Shown: positions 56,472 through 64,000 of the stretch, in pieces
How positions within the stretch are numbered: position 1 is the stretch's first letter
Layout of the letters: the number at the start of each line of letters is the position of its first letter
DNA from: Kiritimatiellia bacterium
GTDB taxonomy: Bacteria; Verrucomicrobiota; Kiritimatiellia; UBA8416; JADHWI01
Reading direction: 5' to 3'
DNA length: 64,000 nucleotides
Assembly: GCA_030744755.1 (NCBI GenBank)
Contig: JASLPY010000002.1
Span: 67,006 to 131,005, forward strand
Made by a program: the position numbers and the translations under genes
The notes under the pieces: generated by a model
Databases searched by the model: none
The model's input: the letters and a program-made list of their open reading frames with translations, nothing else
What the model was told of the DNA's origin: nothing

Positions 56472-58925
56472 ATGTTGCAGGACCGTATCAGTATCGTGTG
56501 GCTTCTCGCCCTGGTCCTTGTTGTCACCAGTGCGTGCAGCGACCGCCGGGAACAAAGGGCATCCGATCCGTTAACGAAGGAAAATGAGGTGGCAGCCGGC
56601 GAATCACGCTGGAAGATCGTGGCCAGGGAAATGAACTGGGTCGGCATTAGTGACGTAAAGACCTTTCAAGAAGACAACACAGTCAGCACAGTACTTCCCC
56701 CCATCAGCAACCGACATGTCCTTGTGATTGCCGATACCGCAGTCTCGGCGGTTGTTTCCACCAACTTTGCCGTAGAAACACAGGTGCGGTTGTCCGGGTG
56801 GAACTCCGTTCGTCTGATTACTCTCGGGATACACTTGGACAACGGAAACGTTATGTATCAAGGCAGAAAGAGTCATCCCGAACAGAATCGCTGGCTGAAC
56901 TTGCACGTGACCACGGCCAACCGCCTGAGATTGGCAGCGGACAATCCGAACCGCCCCTTGCCGACTGGGGCTTCAAACCGGGTGGACTTCGTGCGCGTTT
57001 ATGTAGTTGGGGCCCCCGGGACAGAAAGCAGGCTTGATGTGTTAGACGTACCGCTGGAGATCACCGAACCGGAGCCCTCGGAAATGCTTGCGGGCATTGA
57101 AGAAATCCTCGACCGGGACATCGGCAAAACGAGCTCCGAAATAGCGAACTACTTCGAACGCAAGAAACCTATCGGCTGGATCAAAGATGAATTTGCAGGG
57201 GAATCATCGGAGCGGGGCATCGCCCTCCTGGAAGACAATGAGTATACGACGGCGGTCCATCCGTCATTCGTCTTCCCTGAGAACCCAACATGGTGCGAAG
57301 ACCCCTTCAATGATGCCAATTGGCGCCTTCGCCTCCAAGGTTTCGACTGGTTGCATCAATTAACGGCGGCATCTGTCAGCAGCGGTTCGGATGAGTATTT
57401 CAAGAGGGCCATTTACCTCATCGAGGACTGGACGAGCGATATGCCGGGAAGAATGCCGCGCGATGTAATGGTCTGGAACGATCATTCTGTGCCTCTCCGC
57501 CTGGAGCGCCTTCTCAACTTCTTTGAAGTGCATCGTTCTCCTGCCATGGCACCGGATTCAACAGCTTTCCTCCTGCGCCTTATTCACGCCCATGCGCAGT
57601 TCTGTTCTGACGAAGATTTCTACGCGAGAAACCAGCCAACACGCGTTCATAACCACGCATTCTTCCAGGACCGGGCTCTTCTAAGGGCGGCGCTTTGTTT
57701 TCCAGAGTTCATACATGCTGAAGAATGGGAACGCACGGCTGCCCGAAGAATTGTGTTTCAGATGAATGAAGGGCTTACATCTGATGGCGTCTGGAAGGAG
57801 AACACGTCGGGCTACCACCTGGGGATGTTCAAGCACGTACAGAAACTCAACGCCTTATGGAAGTACCATGGTCGTCCCGAAGTGCTCAAGAAGGTGGAGC
57901 AGGACATGCTCAGATTCATTCTTGCGCTTGCCGAGGTCGATGGAGCTCTTGTGGCGTTCGGAGATAATCCCAGGCACTTAATGCGGGCCGAAGTTGAGAC
58001 AGAACAACTCGATGCAAAATACATCTTCTCCCAGGGCAAAGTCGGCCATGCACCGGAATGGATAGATCAGGCATTTCTCGACAGTGGATATGTAGCCATG
58101 CGCGACCGGTGGTGGCCCGAAGACAGGTTCTACATGGGTGCTCACACACTGATGCTTGCAGGTTTTAACTCAGTGACACACAAGCACCGTGACGATCTTT
58201 CTTTCTTGATATCCGCACAGGGGGAAAGGTGGCTCGTGGATCCCGGGTTCTATTCGTCAGATCGAGACGATCCTTTACAGATTTATGCATGGTCGGCGCG
58301 AGGGCACAACACTGTCTCGGTAGACGACCAGGACTTCCCGGTGGAACGGAGCCGGATAGGAAGTACAGCTGTAACGAAGTACAAATCGGAAGAATCGTTT
58401 GCATATGTTGAGGCCACAACAAAAGTCTACCGAAACATCGATTTCTATCGAAAGCTCGTCTACCTGAGGCCCAATGTCTGGTTTGTTCAAGACGTTCTCA
58501 AATCTCTTGATGGGATGAATCACAAATTTACGCAGAACTTTCATTTCTCGCCAGACAAGGAGGTAGCCGTGACGAAAGGTGTGCTGTCAATAACGGCTGA
58601 CTCGGGATCCGACATGCGCATTTTCAATCTGGATGGCCTCGGTGAACCCACTCTTCACAGAGGAGAGAAGGAGCCGCAAGTACTTGGGTGGTTCTTCCCC
58701 GTCTACGGACAGGCGGTTCCCTGCGTATGTGCAACCTATGTCCACACGGGAGAAGAAGCGCTCTTTTCAAAACTGATTGTGCTGTCCGGCGAAGATCCTT
58801 TGGCCCGTAAGTTCAAGGTTGCTCCGACCGGAGAAATCATGGGCATGTTGAAGTCGGAATTGCCCGCGGAGATCCTGGGGCGACTGGATATGACTTTCGG
58901 ACCTCCGAACAGCCGTCAACAGTGA
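56472..58925 (+). CDS. Heparinase II/III-like protein (alginate-lyase-like toroid plus Hepar_II_III beta-domain), lipoprotein
   Basis: Lipobox VVTSAC after the ATG at 56472. N-terminal beta-sandwich. The conserved ..HKHRDDLSFLISAQGERWLVDPG.. block is typical of the heparinase II/III family. Confidence 0.7.
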   Translation: MLQDRISIVWLLALVLVVTSACSDRREQRASDPLTKENEVAAGESRWKIVAREMNWVGISDVKTFQEDNTVSTVLPPISNRHVLVIADTAVSAVVSTNFAVETQVRLSGWNSVRLITLGIHLDNGNVMYQGRKSHPEQNRWLNLHVTTANRLRLAADNPNRPLPTGASNRVDFVRVYVVGAPGTESRLDVLDVPLEITEPEPSEMLAGIEEILDRDIGKTSSEIANYFERKKPIGWIKDEFAGESSERGIALLEDNEYTTAVHPSFVFPENPTWCEDPFNDANWRLRLQGFDWLHQLTAASVSSGSDEYFKRAIYLIEDWTSDMPGRMPRDVMVWNDHSVPLRLERLLNFFEVHRSPAMAPDSTAFLLRLIHAHAQFCSDEDFYARNQPTRVHNHAFFQDRALLRAALCFPEFIHAEEWERTAARRIVFQMNEGLTSDGVWKENTSGYHLGMFKHVQKLNALWKYHGRPEVLKKVEQDMLRFILALAEVDGALVAFGDNPRHLMRAEVETEQLDAKYIFSQGKVGHAPEWIDQAFLDSGYVAMRDRWWPEDRFYMGAHTLMLAGFNSVTHKHRDDLSFLISAQGERWLVDPGFYSSDRDDPLQIYAWSARGHNTVSVDDQDFPVERSRIGSTAVTKYKSEESFAYVEATTKVYRNIDFYRKLVYLRPNVWFVQDVLKSLDGMNHKFTQNFHFSPDKEVAVTKGVLSITADSGSDMRIFNLDGLGEPTLHRGEKEPQVLGWFFPVYGQAVPCVCATYVHTGEEALFSKLIVLSGEDPLARKFKVAPTGEIMGMLKSELPAEILGRLDMTFGPPNSRQQ

Positions 58926-58957
58926 TTGAGCGGGTCTAACGAGAATACAGGCATAGA

Positions 58958-60979
58958 ATGACGAGCTCTCCGAGAAGAATCATACCGCGCATCATTCCGC
59001 TGCTACTCCTGGCAGCACTGCTGTTCGCCGGATTCTTCTGGCGTGATATGCGTCGCTGCCTGAAAACGCTGCAGGCAAAATCTGATGTTTATGATGGCAG
59101 CATTATAGTCGCCCCCGCTGGTTGGCGCATGACTGCCGAATCTCACTTCTCTGGGAATCGACTCGATACTGAAGTGTGCCGTTCCAATGATTTCGTGGAC
59201 GTTACTTTCTCCGCGACTCCCGACGAACGTGCGACGCTGTATTGTGTAATGCCAATGAAAGTCAGCATGTCCGGTGAGTTCCTTCTTCGGATCCCTGTGC
59301 GGCTGTCCTCATGGGACTCGGTGTCACTTCTTGCCGTGGGCGTTCGCAACGGGACGAATGGATACTACTACGCCAGGAAAAGCCATCCATCCCAAGACAG
59401 GCGGCACAGCGTCGAGTTGTCTCCTCTCAAGCGACTCAGGTTCATTGTGGACAATACGGGAATGCGCCCCGTGAGCGAAAGCGCGTTTAACGCTGATTAC
59501 ATTCGCGTCATTGTTGATGGGGTTCCGGGGGCCGGCGCCCGGACGCGAATCTGGGAAAGTGTTATCGATCCCGATTCACCGCAGTCACCACAGCCCATTC
59601 TTCCCGTGCTGAAGAGTATTGTGCGCGAGAACATTGATTCTTCGCGTGATGGATTGACCAAGTACTTCCGGGAGAAACCGGCACCCCCGGGTCAGCGTGT
59701 CAGGTATACTCCGGAAGACGTGAAACATGGTGAACTCCTGGTGGGACAGGGTATGTTTCAGACGTTGGTTCATCCAGCCGTACGGATGCCGCCTGACCCG
59801 GACTGGGCCGCGGATCCGTTTAGTGATGCCAACTGGAGGTATCGGCTGCATGGATTCGACTGGCTGCGCGCTATTACGGCTGAGTTCCGCAAGTCGGGCT
59901 CAGCAGCGTCGCTGGAGAAGGCGACATCCTTTATAAAGGACTGGGCTTCGGATGTGCTTGGCGTCATGCCATGTGACCGCATTGTCTGGTACGATATGTC
60001 AGTTCCCGACAGGATGAAGAGAATGGTTGAGTTCTTCGAGGTCTACCGGACATCGTCCAGTTGTCAGTCCGACATGAAATTCCTGCTTTCTCAAGGAAAG
60101 GAAGGGAGCAGGCCATCCTGGCTTGACCGCCTGTTTGTGAAGAGTGGTTACGTGACTTTCAGGGATCGCTGGTGGTCTGCCGGCGATTTCAACATGGGTG
60201 TGCACACGCTTTTTCTCGCAGGCTACAACTCAATAACACATAAGCACCGGGACGATCTTTCCTTTACAATCTACGGGTATGGTGAAGACTGGCTTGTGGA
60301 TGCAGGCATGTACAAGTACAATCACATGGACAAGTTTCAACAGTACGCGCGATCCGCGCGCGCACACAATACCGTATCAATAGACGGCACTGACTTCCCT
60401 GTCTCGCGCTCCTTCGTCGGCGCAACGGAAATAACAGATTGCTACTCAGGTCCCGATGCGGCATTCGTTGAAGCGTCGACCCGGGCATACGGTGATGTAA
60501 CGTTCTCAAGGAAGTTGCTGTTCATCAGGCCCAATATTTGGATCGTTGAAGACAGCCTGGAAGACGTGAGCGACAAAGAACACGATTTCGTTCAGCACTT
60601 TCACTTTTCTCCGGGCAAAGAACTCGAACCCATGAGCAATATGTTGCTGGTTAGAGGGAGTGGTGATTCAAAAATGTCTCTCATTGACCCGTGCGGCCAT
60701 CCGGCGCCCGTTCTGATCCGGGGTGTGACTGACCCCCGGGTTCAGGGGTGGTTCTTCCCGCAATACGGTCAGAAGACTGAGAACGTGTGTGCCGACTACC
60801 GGCTTCGGGGAACATCGGCGCGTTTCGTCAAGGTGCTTGTCCTTGAAGGCAATGATCCGCATGCAAAGAAGGTCGGTGATATCTCACTTCCGGCGCTTGT
60901 GGACGGAATTCCGAAACTCGCACCGGCCGAAATGGCGGCTGCGCTGCTTACGGGAATCGACATGGGAGATAGGCGATGA
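58958..60979 (+). CDS. Heparinase II/III-like protein, tandem paralogue
   Basis: Signal anchor. N-terminal beta-sandwich and the ..HKHRDDLSFTIYGYGEDWLVDAG.. block are collinear with the gene at 56472-58925. Confidence 0.7.
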   Translation: MTSSPRRIIPRIIPLLLLAALLFAGFFWRDMRRCLKTLQAKSDVYDGSIIVAPAGWRMTAESHFSGNRLDTEVCRSNDFVDVTFSATPDERATLYCVMPMKVSMSGEFLLRIPVRLSSWDSVSLLAVGVRNGTNGYYYARKSHPSQDRRHSVELSPLKRLRFIVDNTGMRPVSESAFNADYIRVIVDGVPGAGARTRIWESVIDPDSPQSPQPILPVLKSIVRENIDSSRDGLTKYFREKPAPPGQRVRYTPEDVKHGELLVGQGMFQTLVHPAVRMPPDPDWAADPFSDANWRYRLHGFDWLRAITAEFRKSGSAASLEKATSFIKDWASDVLGVMPCDRIVWYDMSVPDRMKRMVEFFEVYRTSSSCQSDMKFLLSQGKEGSRPSWLDRLFVKSGYVTFRDRWWSAGDFNMGVHTLFLAGYNSITHKHRDDLSFTIYGYGEDWLVDAGMYKYNHMDKFQQYARSARAHNTVSIDGTDFPVSRSFVGATEITDCYSGPDAAFVEASTRAYGDVTFSRKLLFIRPNIWIVEDSLEDVSDKEHDFVQHFHFSPGKELEPMSNMLLVRGSGDSKMSLIDPCGHPAPVLIRGVTDPRVQGWFFPQYGQKTENVCADYRLRGTSARFVKVLVLEGNDPHAKKVGDISLPALVDGIPKLAPAEMAAALLTGIDMGDRR

Positions 60980-62157
60980 AGATAATGATGACGGCCTCTC
61001 TCGATCCGGGCAAAGAGACTGCGGGGAAGACTCATTTTCTGTCGCTCTGCAGATGTTTTGCCAAATCCGGTCACGATGTTACAGCGATATTGCCGTCTTT
61101 CGGAGACCCGGAAGAAGATGCACGCATTCCTGAAGAGCTTGGTATAAACGTTGTATGGACGCATTCATTAACGTCTTCCGTGCATGAATGGCTATTATGG
61201 GGCTGGATTCGCACGTTGGTGCTTGGGTGGCAAATTGTTCGCCTGCGCCCCGCCATGCTGTATGTCAGGACCAGGACATCCGCCCCGTTTTTCTGTATGA
61301 TTGCGCGTCTTGTAAGCCCGCGGCTCCGTGTAGTCAGCGGTCATCCCGGCTGGGTTGCCTACCAGTTACTTGCCTGTGGCCAGCCACGTTTCCAGCAGTC
61401 ACTGGCAAGATGGTCCCAGCTAATGAACGCAAGATTCTCTTCGCGAATACGGGTTGTTGCGGATGGTATCCGTCATGCATTGATAAGGGGGGGCATTGCA
61501 GCCGAGAAGATATACGTGGTTGGTAACGGCACAGCCGTTCAAAGATTCAGGCCCGTCGATGCTCAGGAAGCATGGAAGGCGACAGGTCTTGACGCATCTC
61601 TAACGCACCTGGGGTTTGCAGGCACATTGGAGAAATGGCAGGGCGTAGACCGCATGCTTGAGGCCGCGAAGATCTTGTTCCGTGATCGTGAGAACCTGAG
61701 GGTATTGGTCGTGGGAAGCGGACCCGAAGAAGAGTCCCTGCAGAAGAAAGCTGAAGAACTCGGCATAGCCGATCGATGCATGTTCGTTGGTGCCGTGCCG
61801 CATGCCAAGATGCCGTTTTACATCAACTGCTTCACCATCGCAGTGCTGTTCAAGTGCGGCTTGGACGAGATAGCCGGATCACTGTACTCTTCCCTGAAAC
61901 TGCGCGACTACGCTGCATGCGGAGTCCCCATTCTGGCATCGCGTGGTGCGGCTGATCACGGTATCATCACTCAAGGCAAGTTCGGGATGCTCGTAGATCC
62001 TGAGAACCCATCGGAAGTGGCACAGACGGTGATGAGGATGCTCAATGACAAGACGGCACTGGAGCAAATGGGTCAAGAAGGAAGGCGCACTGCAGAAGCC
62101 GAATTTGCCTGGGAGAAGATTGCCGAGAGTGTTCTTTGCCTGGCCCTGGAAGGTTGA
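60976..62157 (+). CDS. Family 4 glycosyltransferase
   Basis: ATGA overlap with the upstream gene. GT-B pattern (..ASRGAADHGIITQGKFGMLVDPENP..). Confidence 0.8.
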   Translation: MKIMMTASLDPGKETAGKTHFLSLCRCFAKSGHDVTAILPSFGDPEEDARIPEELGINVVWTHSLTSSVHEWLLWGWIRTLVLGWQIVRLRPAMLYVRTRTSAPFFCMIARLVSPRLRVVSGHPGWVAYQLLACGQPRFQQSLARWSQLMNARFSSRIRVVADGIRHALIRGGIAAEKIYVVGNGTAVQRFRPVDAQEAWKATGLDASLTHLGFAGTLEKWQGVDRMLEAAKILFRDRENLRVLVVGSGPEEESLQKKAEELGIADRCMFVGAVPHAKMPFYINCFTIAVLFKCGLDEIAGSLYSSLKLRDYAACGVPILASRGAADHGIITQGKFGMLVDPENPSEVAQTVMRMLNDKTALEQMGQEGRRTAEAEFAWEKIAESVLCLALEG

Positions 62158-62192
62158 CACGAGATGCTCACTGTAAAGCGGTAAGCGTTGTG

Positions 62193-62885
62193 CTACGTGG
62201 CCAGAAGTGTTCCCGGCAAATCTTCGAGATTCTCCATCACCAGGCTTCCTTTCGCGCACAGCATCAAGCGATAAGACATTCCCACGCTATGACAGCTGGT
62301 TGGCAACGCGATATCCAGAACTCGCGTGAGGGACAGCTCCCTGAAGATGCGGTAGTAATCGTGATAATAGGAGAAAGGCGCGGTTTTTGAGACGTCGCCC
62401 TCCGCGTGCTCTCCATCTATTCGTCCTTCGCCCCCGTGGACGCAAGGCTCACAAAAAAGCAGGTACCGACCGGCAATTCGGTTTAGCTCGGTGCATGTTG
62501 CCACTGGGTCCGGGATGTGGTCGAGAACGGAAATCGTAAAGACAAGATCCCAACGATTGTCAGGGTAGTCATCCAGAGCCAATTCATCACCGACACGTAG
62601 ATCCAGACCATAGTGTTCAACACCATATTTGATGGATGCCTCATTTATGTCGATACCCGACACGGCGGTTAATTCCGATTTCTTAGCGATAAGGTCCAGG
62701 TTTCTGCCGCTGTTGCATCCGAACTCGAAGACGGATGCTGGGCTGAGTAACGAGACAATTGAGGAAACAGTGTCTGCATAGTACGGCACTCCGCCTCCGT
62801 AGCCGAGCCCCATGCAATCAGTAGAACGCCAGTATGTCTTGGCATCCGCGCTTTCCCGGATGTCTGATCCCATCTCTTCGGTCAT
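62193..62885 (-). CDS. Class I SAM-dependent methyltransferase
   Basis: Motif I VFEFGCNSGRNL and motif post-I VSGIDIN. ATG at 62885 with ribosome-binding site ggaga; the track's TTG extension is rejected. Confidence 0.7.
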   Translation of the reverse strand: MTEEMGSDIRESADAKTYWRSTDCMGLGYGGGVPYYADTVSSIVSLLSPASVFEFGCNSGRNLDLIAKKSELTAVSGIDINEASIKYGVEHYGLDLRVGDELALDDYPDNRWDLVFTISVLDHIPDPVATCTELNRIAGRYLLFCEPCVHGGEGRIDGEHAEGDVSKTAPFSYYHDYYRIFRELSLTRVLDIALPTSCHSVGMSYRLMLCAKGSLVMENLEDLPGTLLAT

Positions 62886-62919
62886 TCTACATGTCTCCAC
62901 TGAATACGATGGCGGGATG

Positions 62920-64000
62920 CTAACAAGGGCGGTCAATAGCGTCAATATTCACCTTGCCGCGGTATGTTTGCACCCAGTAGCAGAACTCCGCCATGATACC
63001 GGCGTCCCTCAGATACTCCCACCTTTCTACCGGTCCCGCATCCAATCTTGTCCGGGCTCCGGCCATCCATTTGGGATTCAGAATAGACGATATGATCTCT
63101 GATTCCTGATCTATGACCTCGAGGTAACTTGAGAGGGCACCGGGGGACTGGATGCTCAGCCGGGTTCGTGGTCTACGTTTGAACCCGCTTGGCCACACGG
63201 TGTCGCTGCCGAGCGGAATGGTGGCCAACCTGGGGTCAATGGCTCCTATTATGCGCGTATTGACATTCCCCCCCAGTTTTGTCTGGGGCGGTATTCCCAT
63301 GGCGAGATGAAACACGGATGGATCTGTGAATGGAGTCACCACAAGCCATCGACGGTTGAGCATAGAACAAGGCGAGGATGCAATGGCCCGTCGGGACCTG
63401 TGCTGGAGCCAGAAGAATGACACGGTATTCGGATGTCCATCGTATTCCTTAATCTCACGTCTGACGGTACTGGTCAGCCCTTCCTTCCAGTGCTCTGCTA
63501 CCCGTGGCCTCAGAAAGTTCGAGGGCGTGCGACCTGCGAGCATGAACGTGGCCAATTCATCGGCAAGAGCTCGCAACCTCCCGTTCTTGAGCAAGTCCAG
63601 ACGGTTTGCATCCAGCATGTGCGGCTTGAGCATGACATCGCCTATGAGCCCGTCGAATGCCACCGCCCCGTCATGACCTCCCGACGCGGCGAGGTGCATT
63701 ATCCAGGTGTGAAAAGCAGTTGAGAAATCAGCTGCCTCGCATTTGTCCCGCCACGTGCGTTCAACGTAGTCCGATGGCAACGGCACGAAGGTGTTCTCGA
63801 CTTTCAGTGTTCGCGCCACTTCCAGCGCCAGGTCTGGATCAAAGAGGGCCCCGTTGTCCGGATCAGTGGTCAGCGTAGAGAATTCCACTCCCGCGTGGGC
63901 GAGAACTCCGGCAATGGACCGCGAATCCCTTCCGCCGCCGAGAAGACAGAGATGTTCCCGGTTCTCCTCCACTCTCCGCAGCGCGCCCCTGCCAATTTCG
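62920..64000 (-). CDS. Asparagine-synthetase-like amidotransferase (synthetase domain); the 5' end lies beyond the window
   Basis: Degenerate PP-loop LLGGGRDSRSIAG and a C-terminal AsnB-like domain. The reading frame stays open upstream of the GTG at 63972 to the window edge, so the gene is probably longer. Confidence 0.55.
   Translation of the reverse strand, partial: EIGRGALRRVEENREHLCLLGGGRDSRSIAGVLAHAGVEFSTLTTDPDNGALFDPDLALEVARTLKVENTFVPLPSDYVERTWRDKCEAADFSTAFHTWIMHLAASGGHDGAVAFDGLIGDVMLKPHMLDANRLDLLKNGRLRALADELATFMLAGRTPSNFLRPRVAEHWKEGLTSTVRREIKEYDGHPNTVSFFWLQHRSRRAIASSPCSMLNRRWLVVTPFTDPSVFHLAMGIPPQTKLGGNVNTRIIGAIDPRLATIPLGSDTVWPSGFKRRPRTRLSIQSPGALSSYLEVIDQESEIISSILNPKWMAGARTRLDAGPVERWEYLRDAGIMAEFCYWVQTYRGKVNIDAIDRPC

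Noticed and set aside
1-64000. Search for tRNA, rRNA, CRISPR, transposase/integrase and toxin-antitoxin-like or defence genes
   Set aside because: No ORF shows transposase, integrase or defence-system motifs, and no direct-repeat/spacer arrays were seen. The MITE-like repeats lack an associated transposase in this window. tRNAs cannot be excluded without a dedicated scan.

Overview
This 64-kb window is GC-rich (roughly 58-60%) and densely coding on both strands. No rRNA, tRNA, CRISPR array, transposase or integrase was recognised. The gene content (Tat-exported Gfo/Idh/MocA oxidoreductase, DUF1080 protein, sulfatases, HEAT and PQQ-propeller proteins) resembles Planctomycetota/Verrucomicrobiota-type genomes, but that is inference only.

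The window has two parts.

(1) Positions 1 to about 15.6 kb hold a glycan-scavenging neighbourhood: the C-terminal fragment of a sulfatase, a secreted alpha/beta hydrolase, an OPT transporter, and the three protein types of the recently described oxidative glycoside-cleavage route. Those three are a xylose-isomerase-like TIM barrel (here fused to HEAT repeats), a Tat-signal Gfo/Idh/MocA oxidoreductase, and a DUF1080 '3-keto-disaccharide hydrolase'. The neighbourhood also contains a beta-helix protein and a large PQQ-like beta-propeller protein.

(2) Positions 15.8 kb to the window end (continuing past 64000) hold a very large glycan biosynthesis and modification locus. It contains:
- one GT2 and five GT4 glycosyltransferases;
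- a polyprenyl-phosphate GT2 divergently paired with a polytopic membrane protein;
- at least four further large polytopic (GT-C/ArnT/YfhO-like) membrane proteins;
- a spermidine-synthase-like fused membrane protein;
- two flippase-like (UPF0104) paralogues;
- a WbpB-WbpD fusion plus a WbpE-like aminotransferase and an AsnB-like amidotransferase, which points to a 2,3-diacetamido uronic acid or uronamide sugar;
- a pyruvyl transferase with an F420-type FeS flavoprotein, and a hexapeptide acetyltransferase;
- two membrane-anchored SGNH hydrolases;
- a sulfotransferase and a sulfatase-like enzyme with a variant active-site motif;
- two tandem heparinase II/III-like proteins inside a GT operon;
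- three methyltransferases, two outer-membrane proteins and a TolB-like propeller.

Non-coding features: two copies of a roughly 115-bp MITE-like intergenic element, a 138-bp element with 19-bp terminal inverted repeats, and three perfect palindromes (21, 19 and 17 bp) in promoter regions.

Start codons in the ORF track include GTG and TTG. Several starts were moved to internal ATGs with a ribosome-binding site where the long form overlapped a neighbouring gene.
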